In this document: positions 22,367-38,268 of the stretch, piece by piece | How the letters are laid out: every line of letters starts with the position of its first letter | Position numbering within the stretch: the first letter of the stretch is position 1 | From: Longimicrobiales bacterium | GTDB lineage: Bacteria > Gemmatimonadota > Gemmatimonadetes > Longimicrobiales > Gaopeijiaceae | Reading direction: 5' to 3' | DNA length: 64,000 bases | NCBI GenBank assembly: GCA_965203485.1 | Contig: OZ241892.1 | Coordinates: 832,001-896,000 of the forward strand | Position numbers and translations under genes: made by a program | The notes under the pieces: model-generated | Databases searched by the model: none | What the model was told of the DNA's origin: nothing | Seen by the model: only the letters and a program-made list of their open reading frames with translations

Positions 22367-24520
22367 CTAGCGTCGCCGGGCGCGCTCGAACGCCACGGTC
22401 ACGCCGGCGTAGCCGCCGCGCCCCGGGCCCGGTTCGAAGTAGCGGCCTCCGAAGGCGTTGACCACGACCGACGAGGCGTAGCGTGCGTTGGTCAAGTTCG
22501 TGACGCCGAAGAAGGGCGACATCTGCAGGCCGCCGACGCGCGCGTCCGCGAGTCCCGCTCGCGCGTCGAGCAGCACGAAGCCGTCGGCGCCGGCGTCGTT
22601 GGCGTTGTCGGCGGGGACTCGTCCGCGCGCTTCGGCCCGGAGCTCGGCGAACCAAGCGGCGCTCGTAGCCTTGAGAGCGGCCTCGAAGCGGTGTGGCGCC
22701 GCGCCCGGTATTCGGTTGCCGTCGAATCGGTCGCCGCCCGCGGCGAAGTCCACGAAGCGCGCGTCAACGTAGCTGTAGGACGCGCGGGCGGAGAGCCAGT
22801 CCGTGGCCGCGGCCCGCACGGACGCGTCGAGGCCGCCGACGCGGGAACGCCCCGAGTTGCGGTAGAAGCGCCGCCCCGGGTGCGAAGCCACCTCGAAGGG
22901 AACCAGCTGGCCCGATAGCCGCGTCCAGAAGGCGGCGGCGTCGTACGACAGGCGTCCGCGCGCACCCCGCAGGCCGGCTTCCACGGTCCAGCCGCGCTGG
23001 GGATCGAGGTCGGGGTTGAGGCCGCCGGCACGGCCGGGGCGGTTGGCGAGCTCGGTGGTCGTCGGCGTCTCGAACGAGCGGGCGACCGACGCGAACAGCC
23101 CGTGCCCGCCCAGCGCGACGTGAACCCCCAGCGAAGGGCTCGCGGCCGTCATCGCGCGCCGGCCGGAGTCGTCGGGGTTTCCGTCGGCCAGAAAGCGGTC
23201 GTCGGCGCGGAAGGCGACGTGATCCACACGCACCGCCGCCAGCGCCCGCACGCGCTCTCCCAAGGGTAGCCGCAGGCGGCCGAAGGCGGCCAGCGCTCGG
23301 ACGCGTTCGCGCTGGTCCAGCGTCAGTGCCCCCGGTTCGCCGCTTTGGTTGGCGAAGTTGCGGCGGTCGTCGTCCTGGAGTTCGGCCTCGCCGCCGACGT
23401 CCACGCGCGCGCTCGCGGCTCCGTCGCCCCATGCCCGTCCGAGCGCCAAGCGCGCGCCGCCCGCGTTTCGGTCGAGATCGATGACGCTTGCGGGAATCGG
23501 ATTGTCGAGCTCGCGCCGCACGCCGTAGACGGAAACATCGACCTCCAGCGGGCCGGCCGGGCCGCGCCAAGCGACGCTCGCCTGAGCCTGCCTCACGTCC
23601 TTGCGGGTGCGGCGCGCAACATTGAAGCCCCACGCCTGGCTGCTGCCTGCGTCGAAGAGGTCGGCGGGCAACGAGCCGGCGTTCAGCGCGTCCAGAATCA
23701 CGCCGTTGAGTCGGAGCGACAAGGCGCCGTCGCCGGCGGGGAAGGCGAAGCCTGCGACGGTCGTGGTTCGGGTCGACCGGCTGTAGGGATCCTCGCCGCC
23801 GTCAGTGGGGTTGCTCCTGAAGCCGTCGAATCGGTTGCGGGCCACGCTGGCGCTGTAGGCCAGGCCCCCCGCCTTGCCCGAGGCGGTGGTCTGGAGGCGC
23901 AGCAGGCCGCGCGACCCTGCGGCGGCGGTCGTCTCGTGGCGGTAGGCGCCGTCGAAGGGCCGGGCGCTGCTGAACAGGAGGACGCCGCCCGCGCCGTTGC
24001 CGTAGAAGGCCGCGCCGGGGCCGCGCAGGGCTTCGACCCTGCCCAGCGATCCGACGTCCAGGTGGTCGAGCGTGCTCTGGCCGTCGGGCAGCGTCGCGGG
24101 GATGCCGTCCACCATGATCTTGACGCCGCGCACGCCGAACTGCGACCGCGCTCCGAAGCCGCGAATGGAGATGCGCTCTCCGACGGCGGCGTTGTAGCGG
24201 TTCTGTACGCGCACCCCCGCCAAGCCGTGCAGCGCCTCTTCGATGAAGACGCCGGCGGCGCCCGGCCGCATGTCGGCGCCGGCGAGCACCGAGACGGCGA
24301 AGGGGGCGCGGGCGATCTGGTCGGTCCCGCGCAGGACCGAGACGACCACGGGCTCGACTTGCACGGTGTCCGGCTCGTCCTGCCGCGCTTGAGCTTCGCC
24401 GGCGCAACAGAGCGCGATCGCCGGCAGGAGCGCTCCCGCCACGTTGCGGAGGACCGGCCACCGTCCGGGCCAAGCCGACCGCCTTGCCACGCTCTTCCGT
24501 CCGGCCCGGCCGGGCGTCAC
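22367..24520 (-). CDS. TonB-dependent receptor
   Basis: Plug motifs ISIRGFG, VDGIP, VEALRGPGAAFYGNGAGGV; barrel end NLTNARY...YFEPGPGRGGYAGVTVAF. GTGA overlap with the upstream gene. Confidence 0.93.
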   Translation of the reverse strand: MTPGRAGRKSVARRSAWPGRWPVLRNVAGALLPAIALCCAGEAQARQDEPDTVQVEPVVVSVLRGTDQIARAPFAVSVLAGADMRPGAAGVFIEEALHGLAGVRVQNRYNAAVGERISIRGFGARSQFGVRGVKIMVDGIPATLPDGQSTLDHLDVGSLGRVEALRGPGAAFYGNGAGGVLLFSSARPFDGAYRHETTAAAGSRGLLRLQTTASGKAGGLAYSASVARNRFDGFRSNPTDGGEDPYSRSTRTTTVAGFAFPAGDGALSLRLNGVILDALNAGSLPADLFDAGSSQAWGFNVARRTRKDVRQAQASVAWRGPAGPLEVDVSVYGVRRELDNPIPASVIDLDRNAGGARLALGRAWGDGAASARVDVGGEAELQDDDRRNFANQSGEPGALTLDQRERVRALAAFGRLRLPLGERVRALAAVRVDHVAFRADDRFLADGNPDDSGRRAMTAASPSLGVHVALGGHGLFASVARSFETPTTTELANRPGRAGGLNPDLDPQRGWTVEAGLRGARGRLSYDAAAFWTRLSGQLVPFEVASHPGRRFYRNSGRSRVGGLDASVRAAATDWLSARASYSYVDARFVDFAAGGDRFDGNRIPGAAPHRFEAALKATSAAWFAELRAEARGRVPADNANDAGADGFVLLDARAGLADARVGGLQMSPFFGVTNLTNARYASSVVVNAFGGRYFEPGPGRGGYAGVTVAFERARRR

Positions 24521-26316
24521 TTGGCCTCGCCGGGCCGCGGGAGCCGCAGGTCGGCGAACAACACGCGCGCCGCGGGCCGAATCACGAGAGTCAACCGCTC
24601 GCCCTCGTCCGCCCGGTCCTCGGCCAGCTCCGCGAGAGCTGCGACGGCCTGCTCCTCGTCCTTGGGCAATGCGCCGGGCGGCAGGGCGCGCACCTCCAGC
24701 GTCGCGTCGCGCGGCAACCAGCACGCCACGTACCGTCCCGACGCGCTCGCGAAGGCGGTCGTCGCGGCGCGCCGCTCGCGGACCTGCGCGCCGACGGCGG
24801 AGCTCCGGCTCACGTGCCATGCGCTTGCGGCAACGACGACCACCGCGTCCGGCACGGCGCGGCCCCCGGCGTCGGTCACCTGGCCCGCCAGCACGCCGTC
24901 CATGTCCCGCGGGGCCCGTCCCGACGCGTTCGCCGCCGGCCGCGGCCGCTCGGCCCGCCGACAGACCGCGTCGGCAATGCGTTCCATCGGCGGAGCCGCG
25001 AAGTTGGCTTGCGCCGGCGTCGCCGCTTCCAGTCCCACTTCGAGCTCGAGCGGCTCGGGCCGGTAGGACAAGCGCTCGAAGTAGGGAACCGAGAAGCTCA
25101 CGGCGTAGAGGCCGGGCACGAGATGCGCGATCTCGAAGCGCCCGTCGCGATCCGTGCTCACGGCGTAGTTCGCTCCGTCGACGAAGACGCGCGCGCCCGG
25201 CAATCCTCGTTGCAGGCTGTCGAAGACGATGCCCGCGATTCGCCCGCCGCCCTGGGACCCGTCCGCCACCAGCTCCTCGTCGGTGCCGTGGACGCGGAGG
25301 ACGTCGCCTCCTTCCACGGTGATTCCGCCCAGGACCACCTTGCGCCGCCCGCTCGCGTCGGAGTGCAGGGTGGGCTTCGGCATCCGGATGCGCCACGACT
25401 CCACGATCCAGGTGCCATTGGGCATCCCCCGAAAGTCGACCCGGCCGCCGGGATTCGCGTCCGCGAACTCGTCCGGCAAATTCAGGTTGCGGTAGCGGAA
25501 CTCGAGCCGCCGCAACCACGCCGTCTGCGGGTCCAGCCACAGCGTGCCCGCGATCTCGGGGACGCGGCGGCCCGGCGCCGGCTCGAACCCCAGGCCCAGC
25601 CACTCGGTTTCCTCGTGCCGTCCCGCCAAGCGAAGGCAGTGCGTGTCGAGGAAGGCGTCCGAGAGCAGCACCGCCGCGTCCGGGGCGTAGTAGATGGACT
25701 GCTCCGGCGAAAGACTCGCAAACCCCTTGGCCGTCAGCTCCTCGGCGGGCCGCGACGAAAACGGCGTTCGGCGATGTTCGTCCTCGTACTCTCGCCTCTC
25801 CGACAGGACGCGGCGCCCCGTCGCGTCGAAGTCCATCCTCACGCGCATCATCTCGTAGCGGTACGTGCCGCGCTCCTGCGTCCAGGCGGCCGCCGCGAGC
25901 GCCTTGCGCGCTTCTTCCCAGACCTTGGACACCGCCAAGCCGTCCGTGGGCCGCATCCGGCAACTCCGTTCGGCCTCGGCGGTGATCCCGGCCAGCTCGA
26001 TGGCCTCGACCGGAACCGCCATGTCGATCACCAGCGTATCGGCGGCGGCGAGCGCGAAGTAGTCGGAAAACGTGGTCGCGTAGCCGATGCGGTCTGCGCG
26101 GAGCCTGTACGTGCCCGCATCGGAAGCTGTCAGCTCGAAGAGGCCGCTGGCTCGCGTCAGGGCTTGAGCGGCCGGCGCGCCGGCCGAATCCACGAGGGTC
26201 ATCATGGCCGTGGCCACGGCGACGTTCCCGCCTTGCTCCATCAGCCTGCCGCGCACGACCTGGCCGGACGCCGTGAGGCTCCCGACCGCCAACGCCGCAA
26301 CGGCCAGCAACGGCAC
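24517..26316 (-). CDS. Secreted protein with multiple carboxypeptidase-regulatory-like domains
   Basis: GQVVRGRL...YRLRADRIGY, IAGIVFDS...TDRDGRFEI, LAGQVTD...SGRYVACWLP. Start uncertain (26316-26505). Confidence 0.8.
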   Translation of the reverse strand: MPLLAVAALAVGSLTASGQVVRGRLMEQGGNVAVATAMMTLVDSAGAPAAQALTRASGLFELTASDAGTYRLRADRIGYATTFSDYFALAAADTLVIDMAVPVEAIELAGITAEAERSCRMRPTDGLAVSKVWEEARKALAAAAWTQERGTYRYEMMRVRMDFDATGRRVLSERREYEDEHRRTPFSSRPAEELTAKGFASLSPEQSIYYAPDAAVLLSDAFLDTHCLRLAGRHEETEWLGLGFEPAPGRRVPEIAGTLWLDPQTAWLRRLEFRYRNLNLPDEFADANPGGRVDFRGMPNGTWIVESWRIRMPKPTLHSDASGRRKVVLGGITVEGGDVLRVHGTDEELVADGSQGGGRIAGIVFDSLQRGLPGARVFVDGANYAVSTDRDGRFEIAHLVPGLYAVSFSVPYFERLSYRPEPLELEVGLEAATPAQANFAAPPMERIADAVCRRAERPRPAANASGRAPRDMDGVLAGQVTDAGGRAVPDAVVVVAASAWHVSRSSAVGAQVRERRAATTAFASASGRYVACWLPRDATLEVRALPPGALPKDEEQAVAALAELAEDRADEGERLTLVIRPAARVLFADLRLPRPGEAK

Positions 26317-26570
26317 GGCCGCCGCTCGCGCGCCCGCCGACGCCTCGCCTTGCCCGGCCGGGCGCGGTCTCGGTGCGCCGGTTCGCTTGCGGGACGCGGG
26401 CTGCGTTCCCCGTCGGCGCCCCGGTGCGGGCGGGTTGCGCTCCTGCGCGGGGGTCGGCGGAACTGGCGGCAACGGCAATCTCGTCGGCAGGGAGCGGACG
26501 CTCAACGCGCATGTCCGGTCGGAGGGCGAGACGCTCGGCGGCGTCGGGTCGTCCTGCCGCCGAGGACGCC

Positions 26571-26588
26571 TATACTCTACTCTACTCT
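26571..26588. promoter_or_regulatory. AT-richer ACTCT x3 patch with divergent -10-like hexamers
   Basis: TATACT (+, 26571-26576) overlaps TAGAGT (-, 26574-26579) between divergent genes. Confidence 0.35.
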
Positions 26589-26788
26589 GTTCGGCCACGG
26601 CGGCCGGACGACGAGTCGGACGGCGGACGACTCGCTTGAAACGCCGGTCGCCGCGCGCGTCGCTCGGCCGAAGCAGCAATCCACGCATGGAGAGTGAAGC
26701 GGAATGGAATCGTCCTTTCCCCGGGCCTGCTCTTGGACGCCGCCGGGTTCGCCTCCGGCAGGTGGCGGCCGAGCGCGGACCAGCTAGC

Positions 26789-28090
26789 ATGGGAGGCGGG
26801 CCCGAGTTCCCGTTCCGCCGCCGCCGGGACGCCGTGCTGAACCGTTTGGGGCGCGGTTCGCTGCTGCTGGCGGCCGGCCCGGTCCGCGTCCGCAACGGGG
26901 ACTCTCCGTACCGGTACCGGCCGGACTCGGAGTTCTTCTACCTGACGGGGTGGGCAGAGCCCGGCGGCATAGCGTTGCTGCGCGGATTCGCGGACGAAGA
27001 CAGGTTTCTTCTCTTCGTTCCCGAGACGAGTCCGCAGGAAGAGATGTGGACGGGCAAGCGGCTCGGCGCGGGCCAGGTCAAGGCGCTCTGCGGCGCGGAC
27101 GCGGCGCTCTCGTTGGATCGGTTCGCCGACGAGGCACCCGACCTGCTGGCCGGCGGCGACCGCATCTACTACCGCTTGGGCGCGTCGGCGCGATGCGACG
27201 CGGCAGTCCGGTCCGCTCTGGAGCGGGGACGGGCGTTGCGCGCGCGAACCGGGAGCGGGGCACGCGCGGTCGTCGATCCCGGCGCGGCGCTCGACGAGCT
27301 GCGGATTCGCAAGGACGAAGCGGAGACGGCGCGCCTGCGCGATGCCGCCCGGACGACGGTGGAGGCGTTCGCCGAGGCGCTTCCAGCGGTCCGTCCGGGA
27401 GCGGGCGAGTGGGAGATCGAGGCGGCGCTCGACAGCGGATTCCGGCGCCGAGGCGCGACGGGCTCCGCTTATCCCACGATCGTGGCGGCCGGGGCGAACG
27501 CCTGCACGCTGCACTACGACGCCAACGCGTCGGTCATCGCGCCGGACGACTTGGTGCTGGTGGACGGCGGGGCGGAGGCGGGCTTCTACGCGGCCGACGT
27601 CACGCGCACCGTGTTCGCTTCCGAGATGGTCGGCGCCGCCGCTCGCGATGCCCATGCCGTGGTCCGGGAAGCGCGCGCGCGCGCCCTGGCCGCATGCCGC
27701 CCCGGCGCCTCGCTGGAACAGGTGCACGCGGCCGCCTTGAGCGCGATCGCCGAAGGACTTCGCGGTCTCGGCGCGCTCTCCGGATCGGCCGCCGACATCG
27801 TCGAAGCGGAGTCCTACCGGCGCTACTACCCGCACCGCACGTCGCACTGGCTCGGCTTGGACGTGCACGACCCGGGCCTGTACGTGGACGACGCAGGCTC
27901 CCGCGTGCTGGAGCCGGGCATGGCGTTCACGGTGGAGCCGGGCCTCTACTTTGCTCCTGGAAGCTGCCCGGCCGTGCCCGCGCTGGAGGGCGTCGGCGTG
28001 CGCATCGAGGACGACGTGCTCATGACGGCAAGCGGGGCCGAAGTGCTCACGGCGGGGTTGCCCGTCGCGCCGGCAACCGAGTCGTGGTGA
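26789..28090 (+). CDS. pepP: Xaa-Pro aminopeptidase (aminopeptidase P)
   Basis: YRPDSEFFYLTG, LRIRKD, LVDGG, ADVTRT, HWLGLDVHD, TVEPGLY, GVRIEDDV. Alternative start 26687. Confidence 0.93.
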   Translation: MGGGPEFPFRRRRDAVLNRLGRGSLLLAAGPVRVRNGDSPYRYRPDSEFFYLTGWAEPGGIALLRGFADEDRFLLFVPETSPQEEMWTGKRLGAGQVKALCGADAALSLDRFADEAPDLLAGGDRIYYRLGASARCDAAVRSALERGRALRARTGSGARAVVDPGAALDELRIRKDEAETARLRDAARTTVEAFAEALPAVRPGAGEWEIEAALDSGFRRRGATGSAYPTIVAAGANACTLHYDANASVIAPDDLVLVDGGAEAGFYAADVTRTVFASEMVGAAARDAHAVVREARARALAACRPGASLEQVHAAALSAIAEGLRGLGALSGSAADIVEAESYRRYYPHRTSHWLGLDVHDPGLYVDDAGSRVLEPGMAFTVEPGLYFAPGSCPAVPALEGVGVRIEDDVLMTASGAEVLTAGLPVAPATESW

Positions 28091-28092
28091 CG

Positions 28093-29040
28093 ATGTCCCG
28101 TCGCGAGCCCGCGGCGCGGCCCGACGGGTCCGGCCCAGCGGTCGCCGCGCATGCGGCCGAGGCCGAATCGGCCGGTGAGCGCGCGATGTCGTCCGCCGGC
28201 CCGAGCTTCGCCGAGCTCCTGGCCGGGCCCGGCCCGCTCGCGGCGGTGGAGCTCCGGCCGCCCCGGTCCGGCTTGGACGCCATGCGCGGCATGGACGTGT
28301 GGATCGACCTGCACCAAGCGATGCGGAAGCTGGGCGTCCGCCGAACCCCGGTGTTGCTGACCGACGGCGCCGTCGGCGACCCGGAGGAAGACGCCCTCGC
28401 CCACTTGGGGGCCAACCTGGGCGGCGACTCCGGCTTCGGGACGGTGGCGCCCTTTCTGACGTGCAAGCACTCGCTGGAGTACTGCCGGCTCTTCGCTAGG
28501 CGGGCAGCGGCCCTGGGCGTGGGCGGCCTGACGGTCGTGGGAGGAGACAAGTCGGCCGGGCCGCCGCGCTGCGTGCCCCACGGCAAGGACCTGCGCCGGG
28601 TCGTCCGCGCCGACGAGCCGGGGCTGGCGCTGGGCGGCTGGGCCAATCCGCACGGCGATCCAGTGGCGCAGGCGCGCTTCGCGGCCGCGGACGACTTCTG
28701 CGCCGACTACGTGCTGACGCAGGTGGTGTCTCACCACTCTCTGCACCGGGCCGAGGCCCTCAAGGCCGAGCTGGACAGAACAGGCTGGACCGGGCCGGTC
28801 GTCTTCGGCGTCTTCTACTACCGCAGCGCCGACCCGCGCACGCTCGCCCGGTTGCAGGACTTCTTCCCTGTTCCGGCGCGGAGGCTGGCGGCCGAGTTCG
28901 AGGCGGGCGTGCCGCCGGAAGAAGTCTGTGCGCGGTCGATCCGCGGACTTCGGGAGATCGGCGCGGCCAAGGTCTACGTCAGCAACTTGGGCGCCCGCAG
29001 GCCGGCCGCGTTTCTGGACCGCCTGGCGGCCGCTCTGTAG
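28093..29040 (+). CDS. Divergent methylenetetrahydrofolate-reductase-like TIM-barrel protein
   Basis: AVELRPP, LLTDG, PFLTCK, VVGGD, ANPH and ADYVLTQ occur in MetF motif order. Confidence 0.65.
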   Translation: MSRREPAARPDGSGPAVAAHAAEAESAGERAMSSAGPSFAELLAGPGPLAAVELRPPRSGLDAMRGMDVWIDLHQAMRKLGVRRTPVLLTDGAVGDPEEDALAHLGANLGGDSGFGTVAPFLTCKHSLEYCRLFARRAAALGVGGLTVVGGDKSAGPPRCVPHGKDLRRVVRADEPGLALGGWANPHGDPVAQARFAAADDFCADYVLTQVVSHHSLHRAEALKAELDRTGWTGPVVFGVFYYRSADPRTLARLQDFFPVPARRLAAEFEAGVPPEEVCARSIRGLREIGAAKVYVSNLGARRPAAFLDRLAAAL

Positions 29041-29163
29041 CGCCCCGAAGCTGCGGGCAGTCCTGCGCCAAGTCGTCGCCCGCGTTCTTCCGCGCGACGG
29101 CGCACCCGCGCGAGGCGAGCGGGCGGTCGCGCAGGGCTCGGACCGGACGCGGCGCCTCGAGAA

Positions 29164-34973
<5,810 letters not shown>

Positions 34974-35047
34974 GGCAGTCCGGGAAGCGCGGCCCGTAGC
35001 CGGGGACGCCTCCCGGCCGGCCCGATTGGGCTCGATTCCCGCTTGCG

Positions 35048-35488
35048 CTAGAGGACCTCGATCTCGTAGCCCAGCCGCCAGTTGTCCAGGTTCTCCGGGT
35101 CGTTGGACGCTTCGTCGCCGGGCTGGACCATCGCGACGTGGTCTTCGATCGGTCCGGTGAACTCGCGGCGGTAGGGCGCGAGCGCGTCGTTGGCCGAGAA
35201 GCGGTCCAGCTCCTCGCCGTTGAACTGCACGACCAAGTGGTCGGTGACGTCGCCCTCGAAGAGGACCCGGTCCAGCTTGGTCAGCTTGTTCCAGCGCGGA
35301 TGGTCCGAGATCGAGTAGTGGCCGGTCTTGGGGATGCGGGTCTCCTGGGCGTGTCCTCCGTGGTTGTCGGTCCAAACCTTCGCACGGAAGACGAACTCGC
35401 CCTTCTCCTTGAAGAAGGGTTCCATGTTGTCGAGGATCTGCACCCATCTGAGGGTCACTCTGACCTTCTTGCCCGTCGGCTCCGACAT
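35048..35488 (-). CDS. Hypothetical beta-rich protein upstream of metH
   Basis: Strong AAAGGAG RBS, clean GC3-biased codons, 146 aa. TATCTT on the minus strand at 35550-35555. Confidence 0.8.
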   Translation of the reverse strand: MSEPTGKKVRVTLRWVQILDNMEPFFKEKGEFVFRAKVWTDNHGGHAQETRIPKTGHYSISDHPRWNKLTKLDRVLFEGDVTDHLVVQFNGEELDRFSANDALAPYRREFTGPIEDHVAMVQPGDEASNDPENLDNWRLGYEIEVL

Positions 35489-35593
35489 CTCCGCTCCTTT
35501 CGTGAACCTGCGTCCTCAGTACCCCTTGCCCCGGTGGACGCTGTCGCACAAGATACGCCAAACCACCGCGCCAGTCCAGAGAGACCAGCACGC

Positions 35594-36979
35594 ATGTCAG
35601 CGATTCCGCCGTCCGGGCGCGAGCCGATCGTCGGCGTCGGGAGCCGCGGCCCATCCGCCGCCCGCTCCGGCAACGGGCCTAGAGACGTCGCCACGGTTCT
35701 GGCCGTCCGCGTGGGCGTCGTCGCCCTCGGGGTGGCCGTGCAGTCGGCGCTGGCGCGGACCCTCCTGCCTGCCGACCGCGGCGCCTACGCGCTGGTCTCG
35801 GCCGTGGCCATCTTCCTCTGCCTGGCGAGCAGCGCGAGCGTCCACAGCGGCGCCCAGTACGAGATTCTCAAGGGGCGCGTGAGCGCATCCCAGGGAGTGT
35901 CGTCCTCGCTGGCCGTCGCCATGGCCGGGTCGTTGCTCGCGTCGGCCCTTGCGGCCCCGCTGATTCTGGGGGGGGCGTGGGCGGGTCCGGGTCGGCAAAC
36001 GCTCCTGCTGGCCTTGGCGATCATGCCGGCCTGCGCGTTCGCGGCGACCGCGAACGCCCTGCTGCCGACATTCTGGCGCTTCGGAAGCGCGGGATCCGTG
36101 GAGATGCTGATGAACGCGACGCAGGTGGCGGGCACTTTGGCGCTGGTCGGCTGGCTGGGTCTGGGACTGGACGGCGCCGTCTTGGCGTTCGTCGGGTGCA
36201 ACGTCGCGGGGGGCGCCTTCGCTCTGGGCGTGCTTCGGCGGCGCTGCAGCGTGGGCTTGGTGGCGCCCGAGCCCGGCGCGGTGCGCGCCCTGGTGCGCTA
36301 CGGCGGCAGAATCCACGCCGCCAACCTCATCGACTTCTCGGAGCAGCGCATCGGCCTCCTGCTCCTGGCGCTCCTGGCGAGCCGTGAGGAGGTCGGACTG
36401 CTCGCGGCGGCCAACGTGCTGGCGGTGGGCGTGTACGCTCTGCCCTCGGCGTTCAGCTGGGCGCTGTTGCCCCGCCTGACCGGCGTGCCGGAATCGCGGC
36501 CCGCGCTGGCGGCATTCTCCATGCGCGTCGTGGCGTGGTCTGCGGTGCTGGGCTTGATTGTCTTGGCGCTCCTGCGCGAGCCGTTCGTGCGGGTCGTGCT
36601 GGGAGCGGAGTTCATGCCGGTCGCCGGGCTGGTGCCCGCCTTGGCGCCGGGCTTGGCGGCGGGCGCGATGTCGCAGGTGGCCATCGCGTACATCAAGGCT
36701 CGCGGCCGCGCGGAGTTGCCGTCCTACGCGGCCGTGGTTCAGATGGCGTTGACGGTCGGCCTCGTTCTGGCGCTGTACCCTCGCATGGGACTGGCGGGAG
36801 CAGCATGGGGCACGTCGGCGGCGCTGGTGGCGCGCTGCGTCCTTCTGACGGCGTTCTTCTGCAGGCTTTCCGGCGAGAGCTGGACGGCGCCTTGGCGGTT
36901 GCGACGAGCCGATTTTGCCGTGATGGGCCGGGCCATGGGGGCGATGCAGCCATCGCGGTCGGCCCGGAGACGGCCTTGA
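35594..36979 (+). CDS. Oligosaccharide flippase (Wzx/MOP family)
   Basis: [14 protein letters not shown] motif, roughly 12 hydrophobic segments, [11 protein letters not shown]. Confidence 0.85.
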   Translation: MSAIPPSGREPIVGVGSRGPSAARSGNGPRDVATVLAVRVGVVALGVAVQSALARTLLPADRGAYALVSAVAIFLCLASSASVHSGAQYEILKGRVSASQGVSSSLAVAMAGSLLASALAAPLILGGAWAGPGRQTLLLALAIMPACAFAATANALLPTFWRFGSAGSVEMLMNATQVAGTLALVGWLGLGLDGAVLAFVGCNVAGGAFALGVLRRRCSVGLVAPEPGAVRALVRYGGRIHAANLIDFSEQRIGLLLLALLASREEVGLLAAANVLAVGVYALPSAFSWALLPRLTGVPESRPALAAFSMRVVAWSAVLGLIVLALLREPFVRVVLGAEFMPVAGLVPALAPGLAAGAMSQVAIAYIKARGRAELPSYAAVVQMALTVGLVLALYPRMGLAGAAWGTSAALVARCVLLTAFFCRLSGESWTAPWRLRRADFAVMGRAMGAMQPSRSARRRP

Positions 36980-38136
36980 GCGGCCGGCGCGGCGAGACGG
37001 GCGGCGCGGCCGCGGCCCCGAAGCTCAGGAGGGCCGCGTTGTTCCTGCCGTCCTTGGAGGGCGGAGGAGCGGAACGGGGATTCGTCACGCTTGCGCCCGC
37101 GTTGTCGCGTCGCGGCGTCGCGGTGGACTTTGTGCTGGCGCGGGCCGAAGGCCCCTTCTTGCGGCTGGTGTCTCCCCAGCAGAGGGTCGTCGATCTTGGT
37201 GCGCGCATGACCGCGACGAGCCTTCCCGGATTGCTCGGCTACCTGAAGAACGAGCGGCCGGACGTGCTGATGGCGTCGATGCACGCCATCGTCGTTGCGC
37301 TTGCGGCCAAGAAGTTCTTCCAACCCGAAGTGCGCGTCTTGGCGCACTATGCGAGCACGTTCTCGGAGGAGTTCCGGCGAGTCGCGCCGAAGGGACGCGC
37401 GATGATGAGGACGCTGCGTCGGCTGTTGCCCGCGGCGGACGTGGTGGCGGCTCATTCCCGGGGCGCGGCGGAGGACCTCGCCGGGCAGGTCCCCGCCGTG
37501 CGGTCGAGGGTGCGGGTATTGCACCCGCCCGTCGCGGGCCCGGCGGAAGCCGGGAGTGGTCCGCCGCCGCGGCACCCGTGGTTCGAGGAGCTTGGCCCGC
37601 CGGTCGTCGTGTCGGTGGGACGGCTGGACGCGGGAAAGGATCACGAGACGCTGATTCGCGCCTTTGCCGAACTCCGCCGCCGCCGCCATGCGCGGTTGCT
37701 CGTGTTGGGCGAGGGGCCGTTGCGAGGCGCCCTCGAGTCGATGGGCCGCGAGTTGCGCATTGCCGACTGGGTCGACTTCCCCGGATTTGTCGCCAGGCCG
37801 CTTGCCTACGTGGCCCGCGCAAGCGTTCTCGCTCACTCGTCCAGGTTCGAGGCGTTTCCGCTGGCCTTGGTCGAAGCTCTGGCCTGCGGCACGCCGGTGG
37901 TGAGCGCCGACTGCCCGCACGGACCTGCCGAACTCCTCGAGCAAGGCAAGTGGGGCCGTCTCGTCCCCATGGGAGACTGGCGGGCCATGGCCGCGGCCCT
38001 CCTGGCGACCATCGAAGCGCCTCCGCCTCGCGCGGCGTTGGTGGAGCGCGCCAAGGCGTTCTCGGCCGACGCGCTGGCGGACCGCTACCTGGACGCCATG
38101 TTCCCCGCTCCCGAGACGCGCCCCCCGCACCGCTAG
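36976..38136 (+). CDS. GT4 glycosyltransferase
   Basis: GGGAER, SVGRLDAGKD, SSRFEAFPLALVEALACGTPVVSADCPHGPAE. TTGA overlap. Confidence 0.93.
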   Translation: MSGRRGETGGAAAAPKLRRAALFLPSLEGGGAERGFVTLAPALSRRGVAVDFVLARAEGPFLRLVSPQQRVVDLGARMTATSLPGLLGYLKNERPDVLMASMHAIVVALAAKKFFQPEVRVLAHYASTFSEEFRRVAPKGRAMMRTLRRLLPAADVVAAHSRGAAEDLAGQVPAVRSRVRVLHPPVAGPAEAGSGPPPRHPWFEELGPPVVVSVGRLDAGKDHETLIRAFAELRRRRHARLLVLGEGPLRGALESMGRELRIADWVDFPGFVARPLAYVARASVLAHSSRFEAFPLALVEALACGTPVVSADCPHGPAELLEQGKWGRLVPMGDWRAMAAALLATIEAPPPRAALVERAKAFSADALADRYLDAMFPAPETRPPHR

Positions 38137-38268
38137 CTCGCGGGCGGAAGCATCGGCTACCGCTTCCTCGTCGGCGCCCGGAGCGTTATCTTGGCCGTGC
38201 CTCCCGACGCCGGAGCACGCTTCCCGCTAGAGAGGGCCCTGTTGCTCGCCGCTCGCTAGAGAGACGAC

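Noticed and set aside
34974..35047. SAM or cobalamin riboswitch directly before metH
   Set aside because: The gap is short and lacks the conserved cores.
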